A stretch of 64,000 bases of DNA from assembly GCA_000002445.1 (NCBI GenBank), contig CH464491.1:864001-928000 (forward strand). The letters are read 5' to 3'. Source of the DNA: Trypanosoma brucei. Taxonomy: Eukaryota. The notes below the pieces were generated by a model. It did no database searches and had not been told where the DNA came from. It saw nothing but the letters and a program-made list of their open reading frames with translations. The translations under genes were made by a program, and so were the position numbers. Position 1 is the first letter of the stretch; each line of letters opens with the position of its first letter. Positions 56,985-64,000 of this stretch are shown here, piece by piece.

Positions 56985-58363
56985 ATGAGGAATAAAGTTA
57001 CCAATTACAAGAGGCAAAAAAGGTGGAAAGATGTGTGTGAATACTTATGCACACAGATGTATATATGTCTATGTATACGAGTTGTGGGGATATGTTGAGA
57101 TTTTTGTGCTTTCGTATGGCTATGAGGCTGCCCCATTTTTTAATCATTAACCCCCCCCCACCGAAAGATAGATGCCCCTTGATGAATATTTTGTATTTTT
57201 TTCCGTTTGTCACTGTGTTTAGTCCACATGGATGGATTACGGGGGGTGATGTTTGACCTTGTTTGACATTGTCGCCTACTATTTTCGTGCAGTGACGGCA
57301 CTGCGGATACCATTATTAGAGCTTCATTCTAATTTTTTTTATTTGTAGAGGAGGCTCTTTCGTAGTCCTCTGTGTACCCACGTGCAGCACACACGCGTTG
57401 CGTGGGCGTGCCTGGGGATGTGCCACCGTTCCGTGGTTGATGATGTTCTCTGTAACTGAAACTGTCCAACCCACTGTTCGCTTTAATTTGATACTTTTCT
57501 CGTTTCATTCTTTTTTTTTTTGCGTTGTGGTGTGACCGCTCCTTTAGGTGGAGCAATCAAAATGTTTATACCTCTCTAGGTTATAGTTTCGTGTCCCTGT
57601 TTATATACGTGTACGCATGCATGTGTCTCCTACAGGGAGACAGGGGTCGCGTCCGCTGAGGGTGATGCATTGCTGTGTCGTATGGAGAGGTTCATTTGCT
57701 GCATCCCCGTTTATGTTTTTCCATGAAGCTTGAGTCGATTCACATGTGCTTCAGGGAAAGATAGCGCCTGTGGAGTGAGGGGTGGGTTGTTACACAAGCT
57801 GTACATCGCAGCCCTGGGGATCGTGTCAAATTTGTCATCTTAAGTCGTCACGTAATTTGGTGAACTATTATTGTCCAGCCTGCGTACACGTGAACGAGGA
57901 CGGTGCGCACTGCAGAGTCCCCGCATTTTGGAATGGGGTTTAAAATACGTCGCTCAATTTCACGGCAGCCGTGCTATTAGTGATGTTATTTGATTGTCTG
58001 TTACTTCACATAAATGTATATTACGTGGTTCGCCGCTTTTCGAATGTTGCGGTGGAGGACCAATATACCTATGAAGGGGGGAAATGAGCATTTGGTGATA
58101 CAATAACCATACAATTTCCCTTTTTTTTTTTTTGCGCACTGTCTGACCACCTGCTTCCGTGCAGCAGCCGTGGTGATGTAAACTTCCGACGCTATACTGT
58201 ATATCACTGTGCTAGTTCAGCGGAAGAATCCACTATTTAGTGTGTTGCCATAACTGTATTCATCGCGCTTTATTTATTTGGTAATATCGTCATATTGAAG
58301 ACACTTTCCCAGCGGGTGCTGCGACGGCCCGCATACTTCACTACGTGTACTTACCGAAACAAT

Positions 58364-58409
58364 TTGCGCATCCTTCTTTTTTTTTCTATTCTTTTTGATT
58401 GTTGGATAG
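58364..58409 (+). promoter_or_regulatory. Polypyrimidine tract plus AG: candidate trans-splice acceptor for the POLI-like polymerase mRNA
   Basis: ccttctttttttttctattctttttgattgttggatag, ending 27 nt upstream of ATG 58436. Confidence 0.45.
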
Positions 58410-58435
58410 TTTATCTTTCTCTTCCGCTTGCGATC

Positions 58436-61400
58436 ATGCTGCGGCGGCTCTTCAAGCCGCAGCTGATGGTCCCTTGGTCGCGACAGCCTCCAACCTGCTG
58501 CTCCTCCCAAATAATCAATATTATTAGCCGTGGCCTTTCCCAGAGGGGGGAGCCGCTTGGTGCAGCAGCACCGTCAAGTGTGAGTTCCGTTTCCGTGCCT
58601 CCAGTGGCGTCTTTGCACACACCTGTCATGCACAGTAATGCATTTGCAGCCTCTGAGGTAAAAAAGCTACTTGCGAAGGCACAGTACTCGCTTTTCACGC
58701 TGGGGTGGAATCCAGGCACGGATGATTACTGTATTTACTGTGCCACAACAAATGAGCTTGTTCGAGCCAAGAAGGATACCCTCTGGAAAGCTATCTTCTG
58801 GATGGAGGGGCGCATTGGGGACGACTACATCGCAGGTCTTTTATTCCCCAGCGATGGGACCCCTGCACTCACGGAGGTGGCAGCTATGGTGAGAGAGAAG
58901 TGCCGCCGCCAAGTCGTTGTCGCTCCAGACACCTGGGGCATATGTTACCTGACACTTAAGAATCAACGGGACTTTGTGAGAGGGATGGAGCTCCCCGCCA
59001 GTCTTGAGCATGCCGCCTTCCTCCTTATGCGCGCGATGTTTAACTCCTCCCTGATCGAACCATCCGTGTTCGACGTCACTTCCGGTGCGTACATATCTGC
59101 TTCGTGCGCCGACTCTGTGAGTGCCGCGCGTGATTGCTTAGTAAGTTGGTGGGTGCTCTTCAATGTTCACAAGAAGTTCGGCACTTCGGGCAGCAGAAAG
59201 TTGATTGACCCTGTTGAACAAATCGTGCGGCGCGTAGTGAAGACTGTAAACGTCTTTGTGGTGGACATCAATGTGAGGGTTGGTAAGGGTACCATTTCGG
59301 AGGGGTTCACAATGATTGTCACCATCTACGATGCACAGAGGAGGTCGCAGTCAGTTCATATGATTCGTAGCTTGGCTGAAGAATCCGCGAAGCGAAATAC
59401 GTTAAACGGTTTACTGTTTGGAGAAGGGACTTCCGCTATCTCACTATTTGTCCCAACAGATCGTACAAAGTCATCACAACTCCTCGCGTTCGCGCGTAGC
59501 TGCAGGCCTTCATGCCCTTTCTTTGTAACGGAACCGTCGAGCTTGACGCCCTTCTTCTCTGGGGCCCCGGTGACTGATGGCCTCAGCGAGCAAAGTGACC
59601 CGCGCTCCACTTGGGCACTGATTCGTACCAACTGCTTCGCCCAGTGTCCTGGTAGGAGGTTGGAGGAGGTGCTAGACAGAAAGTTGTTGCAGGGGTTTAC
59701 AGCGGTCGCCAACAGGTTGTACTCTGACCGCCTGCATCGTGTCTCACCGGCACTGATGTCGGCCGCGAGTAGCATTCCCCTACGTGAGGAACCGCGTGTT
59801 GCATGGGAGCGCGTCGCCAGTCTTGTTGAAGAAGAGCGCAAAAACCCCGTTGCACACGTAAACAAGTCTGCCTTCCTCAATAATGTGACCATCACTGACG
59901 CCGAGGTTGTCTTCCGTCTGCAGCAGTGGCACTCGACGATATATGAAAGTCCCGACCGTCTGGAGCGGGAGCGAGAGGCACTAGAGGGTCTCCAGCGGTA
60001 CTTGGTCGTAGATCTTGAAACTACAACGGTACGGCGTTACAAACGTGTTGCGAATCCTTTCACCAAGGAGAACTATGTTGTGCTCTCCGGTGCCCGCGAC
60101 TACAGGGGACAAGTTTTCATGCCCAGCCGCTACTACAGCCGGAACGTTGCACTGCGTTATGACGATTTGCATGTTACCAGCACCCACTCTTTGGTTAAGG
60201 GTTCGTCTAAGCACTCTCTATTTTTACCACCATTGGATGACTACGACGTTCTTGTTGGGCACAACATCAAATTCGACTTGCTGCATATGTGGAGAGATGT
60301 GGAGCTGAGGCGTTTTTTGAAGCGCGGTGGCAAAATATGGGACACCATGTATGCCGAGTACCTTCTGACCGGTCACGAGGTGAAACTGGGTCACGGTGCA
60401 GGTTTAGAGGAGGTGGCGAAATCATACGGTGGTCAGACACCAAAACTGGATGCTGTGAAGCAAGCGTGGTCGTCGGGAAAAGACACGTGCGAAATACCGT
60501 ACCGCACTTTGACGCAATATTTGCACGGTGATTTGGAGAACACAGAACTTATTTTCAAGAAACATATAGAACGAGCACTCGCGCAGAGGCAGGTGGTCAT
60601 CATATTAGCTCGCATGGATGGACTTTTGTGCACTACCGAGATGGAATACAACGGACTGAAGACAAACGTGCAGCTGGCCTTGTCGCAAAGCAATGAGCTG
60701 ATGTGCAAAGTGAAGGAGCTACGAAGGCATCTGGACAATTCGATACCGAAAGAGATATCTATCGACTGCCGGAAATATTTCAACTGGGCGTCTAACCAAC
60801 ATCTTATTGCCTTTTTTTTCGGTGGGAAGCTGAAGTTGAGCACTAATGCACGCGAGAGCAGGCTCCTTCCTGGTGAGGTATTTGAACGCCACACGCTTTA
60901 TGCTCGTCCAGAGGACTATGATAAGACTGAGTTCCCCAAGGGTGTCTTCTTGCGGCCCCCAGTGTATGTAGTCGGGCCCGCCGACTGTCTCATGGCCACT
61001 GGTGTATCACTCGACAAAGGAACCAAATTCTTCAAAATGTATTTCGAGGCATACGTGAAACAAGCTGGTTTTAGGAAGAGTTCTTCCGTGACGGACTCTC
61101 TTAGACGTGCGATGGTTTCTGTTTCACGCATCGACCAGGAGAAGTGCAGCAACCCAGATGCACTTGTTAATTTGTTGCCGAAGCGCCACCTGTTTTTGTT
61201 TGCTGCCTTCACGCCCACAAGCGATGGGACAATAAGTAAGTTATTCCTCAAGAATGCGATAACCGGGGAATCTCTGACCATTGCAGGAGATTGTGCGAAC
61301 AAAGTGGAGCGACTGCGTGCTTTCATGGAGGGGCAGGTGGAAGCGCACACAGAGATGCTTGTCGATGCGGACGGAGACGGCAGCGCCCCAGCAAATAACA

Positions 61401-63325
61401 ACGCATTCGCCGATGCCCACATTACGATCTTAGCTAGGGATGCTCCCTTTTCGTGTGCACGGTTGCTGCATTCAGACGAAGGGATCAGCGCGTACCTGTC
61501 GTTACACGATGGCCTCAATCCCCAGGAAGATGTTGGGCAACGCTATGTCATCACTCTGGCGGATACTGTTTCCACGCTGTCGTACTACCGATATATGTAC
61601 GGATCTGATACGGAGGCAGCATACGCCGATAAAACAAAGGTTGATGAGTCGAAGTTGGTGGTGCCTATGAAGGCTCTTCCCCGGCCGTGCTCGTCAAGAG
61701 GTGCGACCTCAGAGGCATTCAAGAAGAAGCTTGTACAGGAAGCCGCAATGAAACCGGAAGATTGGTGCAATTTGTATATTGACATTTTCCTTCACATCGG
61801 GCATGCTGCTCTTTGCCGCGAATCGCTTGAAACAGAGGCTGGGTCGAAGAAGGCGCGCAAGTCCAAGGGAAAAGGTGGAATTAGGACACCCGGTGATCTA
61901 CCGATTCTTCTCCGCGAGCGTAGCGCTTTTATCGGCTACTACAACTCTCTTCCGGACGATGAACGCAAGAAACTAGCCCTCATGACTATGCTCGGGAGGA
62001 CCTGTGGTACTGCCTTTGATGCCTTTGCAGTAATGTGCTCGCATGATGACATAGTGGAGGTTAATATTGGGGGTCGCTTAAATCAGTATGTTCCCAGCCA
62101 ACTTGACGCAGAGCAGGTGATGCGCAAGTTTAGGAGCCCGACGACGCGTCAGTTGCAGGTGGGGGAGGACTCACTTACGTACTTCAAGAAAACTCATGGG
62201 GATAAAACTGCTGAGACGATTTTGGAATTACGGGCCATGGAAAAACTCATTGGTACATACTACGAGAACACTGACGATGGAACAGGAATGGTTTCACTTG
62301 TGCACGATGATGACAGTTGCATACACCACGAGCTAATACACAATAAGACTAACACTGGTCGATTGGCGAGTGCAAATCCGAACTGCCAGAACATTCCCAA
62401 GGAGGATAAATCACCGTTGCGTGAAATGTTTGTCAGCCGTTATGGCGAAAAGGGAATGTGTATTGAGGCAGATTATTCACAGCTTGAAGTCGTCGCATTG
62501 GCTGTTCTTGCGAATGATCAGCAAATGTTGGAGGATCTTCGGTCTAATGTGGATTTCCACTGCAAACGTGTTGCGATGATGCGTCCCGACCTGCAATATA
62601 CTGAGATTCTCAAGAAGGCAAAGAAGGACAAAGAACCGGAGTTTGTTAAGTTGCGTCAGCAAGCAAAAATCTTTTCCTTCCAACGACAGTATGGTGCCGG
62701 GGTTAAGATGATCAGCGAGAGTACTGGGTTAACGCAGGACCAAGTGCGCCATTTGATCGAAAAGGAGAGGGAGACTTACCGCGGGGTGGATGTCTTCAAC
62801 AGTATGGTTGCTCTATCTGCTAATAAGTTCGATGCCTCGCTGCAAAATGGCTCTCGAAATGTCCGAGGGCACCAGATTTTCAAGGGCATGTTCCCTGTCA
62901 TCACGGGTAGCCGATACATCTTCACGGAGTCCGATGTGCCAGAGGGACTACTCCGAAACAAGTCACTCGCCGTCAAATCAACTAATTTTTCTCCAACACA
63001 CCTTAAGAATTACCCAGTGCAAGGGTTTGCCGGTGAGATTGTGCAAATTATGCTTGGGGTGTTGTGGCGCCACTTCCTTCGGAAGGACAACTACGGGGGG
63101 TTAGCTGTACTAATCAACACCGTGCACGACTGCGTATGGATTGACTGCCACATGGATGTGTTGCAAGACGTTGTCTTGGAAACTGATGGAATTATGAGTA
63201 GCGTACGCGATGTCCTGAATCGTCTTTACCCTGAGATGGAGGTGTCTGTGGACTTCCCCTGTGATGTCGTCGCAGGAGAAAACATGGGCGCCCTGCGCCC
63301 CGTTGTCATTGAGGAGACACTGTGA
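58436..63325 (+). CDS. Family-A DNA polymerase with 3'-5' exonuclease domain and N-terminal mitochondrial presequence. Kinetoplastid mitochondrial POLI-type (POLID-like by size, about 1630 aa)
   Basis: The ORF-caller start 58295 is TTG and overlaps the polypyrimidine tract 58364-58409. The first ATG at 58436 gives MLRRLFKPQL..., a typical trypanosome mitochondrial targeting start. Exo I VVDLETT, Exo II GHNIKFDLLHM, Exo III YLHGDLENT. Pol motif A CIEADYSQLEVVALA, motif B RQQAKIFSFQRQYGAG, motif C TVHDCVWIDCH, and a NYPVQGFAGEI O-helix-like region. Confidence 0.9.
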   Translation: MLRRLFKPQLMVPWSRQPPTCCSSQIINIISRGLSQRGEPLGAAAPSSVSSVSVPPVASLHTPVMHSNAFAASEVKKLLAKAQYSLFTLGWNPGTDDYCIYCATTNELVRAKKDTLWKAIFWMEGRIGDDYIAGLLFPSDGTPALTEVAAMVREKCRRQVVVAPDTWGICYLTLKNQRDFVRGMELPASLEHAAFLLMRAMFNSSLIEPSVFDVTSGAYISASCADSVSAARDCLVSWWVLFNVHKKFGTSGSRKLIDPVEQIVRRVVKTVNVFVVDINVRVGKGTISEGFTMIVTIYDAQRRSQSVHMIRSLAEESAKRNTLNGLLFGEGTSAISLFVPTDRTKSSQLLAFARSCRPSCPFFVTEPSSLTPFFSGAPVTDGLSEQSDPRSTWALIRTNCFAQCPGRRLEEVLDRKLLQGFTAVANRLYSDRLHRVSPALMSAASSIPLREEPRVAWERVASLVEEERKNPVAHVNKSAFLNNVTITDAEVVFRLQQWHSTIYESPDRLEREREALEGLQRYLVVDLETTTVRRYKRVANPFTKENYVVLSGARDYRGQVFMPSRYYSRNVALRYDDLHVTSTHSLVKGSSKHSLFLPPLDDYDVLVGHNIKFDLLHMWRDVELRRFLKRGGKIWDTMYAEYLLTGHEVKLGHGAGLEEVAKSYGGQTPKLDAVKQAWSSGKDTCEIPYRTLTQYLHGDLENTELIFKKHIERALAQRQVVIILARMDGLLCTTEMEYNGLKTNVQLALSQSNELMCKVKELRRHLDNSIPKEISIDCRKYFNWASNQHLIAFFFGGKLKLSTNARESRLLPGEVFERHTLYARPEDYDKTEFPKGVFLRPPVYVVGPADCLMATGVSLDKGTKFFKMYFEAYVKQAGFRKSSSVTDSLRRAMVSVSRIDQEKCSNPDALVNLLPKRHLFLFAAFTPTSDGTISKLFLKNAITGESLTIAGDCANKVERLRAFMEGQVEAHTEMLVDADGDGSAPANNNAFADAHITILARDAPFSCARLLHSDEGISAYLSLHDGLNPQEDVGQRYVITLADTVSTLSYYRYMYGSDTEAAYADKTKVDESKLVVPMKALPRPCSSRGATSEAFKKKLVQEAAMKPEDWCNLYIDIFLHIGHAALCRESLETEAGSKKARKSKGKGGIRTPGDLPILLRERSAFIGYYNSLPDDERKKLALMTMLGRTCGTAFDAFAVMCSHDDIVEVNIGGRLNQYVPSQLDAEQVMRKFRSPTTRQLQVGEDSLTYFKKTHGDKTAETILELRAMEKLIGTYYENTDDGTGMVSLVHDDDSCIHHELIHNKTNTGRLASANPNCQNIPKEDKSPLREMFVSRYGEKGMCIEADYSQLEVVALAVLANDQQMLEDLRSNVDFHCKRVAMMRPDLQYTEILKKAKKDKEPEFVKLRQQAKIFSFQRQYGAGVKMISESTGLTQDQVRHLIEKERETYRGVDVFNSMVALSANKFDASLQNGSRNVRGHQIFKGMFPVITGSRYIFTESDVPEGLLRNKSLAVKSTNFSPTHLKNYPVQGFAGEIVQIMLGVLWRHFLRKDNYGGLAVLINTVHDCVWIDCHMDVLQDVVLETDGIMSSVRDVLNRLYPEMEVSVDFPCDVVAGENMGALRPVVIEETL

Positions 63326-63456
63326 GCGTTAAAGCATATGTGTCCTATAGCAGTAACGTCTCACTGCTCGTTTTGTTGTTTTGGATCCGACTCATTCTCT
63401 CTCAAAACTCCTTCCTCCACACTTTTCAGTGAAAAGATACCCATCCCCTTTTGTTT

Positions 63457-63471
63457 GTGTGTGTGTGTGTG
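63457..63471. repeat. (TG)7 microsatellite in the 3' flank of the polymerase gene
   Basis: tgtgtgtgtgtgtgt about 130 nt after the stop at 63325. Confidence 0.85.
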
Positions 63472-64000
63472 AAGGGAAGTGAAATGAAATGAAACGGAAA
63501 AAATTAACCATAGATCGGTAACCTAATAAAGCGAAGGAGTTCCATTATAAAAATTAACTACACGCGTATGGGCGCATGAGTGTGTGTGGGTATAATCTAA
63601 GTAATTTCGAAGGTAGGCGGATGCCGTATTCCATAGAAGGTATAAACAATACCAAAGGATCGAAGAAACGAAAGGGAGAGCGCGGATGAAGAAAGCTCAC
63701 ATAGATAAGTATGGGATCGAATACGATCCAAGTTGGTTTTATTGTTTGGTTTTGCTGGTGTAGCTGATACCTTTCTTTTCTACTGTTTCACTTCTTTACT
63801 TTGATAAATGTGCGGAAAATTGCTTTATCTTTTTTGTCAGCAAGAGAGTTTTCTCTTTTATTCTAAAAATGAAGTAAAAAAGGCACGGTAAGGAGCGCCC
63901 ATGGAGCTTCGAGGGCATGCCAGTTTTCATGCCCTTCTGTTTTGTGTTACAAAAGGCAAAAGTTTCTCTTTTCCTCCGTTGGCTTTCTTTTTTTTTTCCT

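Noticed and set aside
1-64000. Prokaryotic-type features (operons, CRISPR arrays, RBS, rho-independent terminators, IS elements)
   Set aside because: The sequence is clearly eukaryotic kinetoplastid. No direct-repeat/spacer arrays or transposase ORFs are present.

Overview
This 64 kb window reads as a trypanosomatid (kinetoplastid) nuclear chromosome segment. It has intron-less genes packed into two long same-strand polycistronic units that diverge from an ORF-free strand-switch region of about 8.5 kb (about 31.8-40.3 kb). Each coding region is preceded by a polypyrimidine tract and an AG. I found no prokaryotic features, tRNAs or rRNAs by eye.

The left unit (minus strand, transcribed from the switch region towards coordinate 1) carries, in order of transcription:
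- a metacaspase pseudopeptidase with both dyad residues substituted (MCA1-like)
- a 5.9 kb gene-free gap
- a DOT1-fold methyltransferase paralog
- a 1650 aa DCAF1/VprBP-like protein (LisH, WD40-like region, acidic tail)
- a small membrane protein
- a Derlin
- a HAD-like protein
- a coiled-coil hypothetical
- a DYRK kinase
- an ABCD (glycosomal-type) half transporter
- NOG1
- an IQ-motif protein
- a tail-anchored beta-propeller protein

The right unit (plus strand) carries ribosomal protein eL42/L44, CCT-zeta, a roughly 4660 aa dynein heavy chain, and a family-A DNA polymerase (kinetoplastid mitochondrial POLI-type, with an MLRR presequence and intact 3'-5' exonuclease motifs).

Gene content and order, and the inactive metacaspase, suggest an African-trypanosome (Trypanosoma brucei-group, chromosome 11-like) locus. 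This is an inference from memory and is not verified.

The observations most worth follow-up are:
- the inactive metacaspase with a hydrophobic N-terminus
- a third DOT1-like methyltransferase with an atypical N-terminus and catalytic-motif substitutions
- the DCAF1-like CRL4 receptor candidate
- the polymerase motif-C HDC variant
- the clustering of long G and C homopolymer tracts (10-17 nt) in the two gene-free intervals

All product calls rest on motif recognition by eye. No database search was run.
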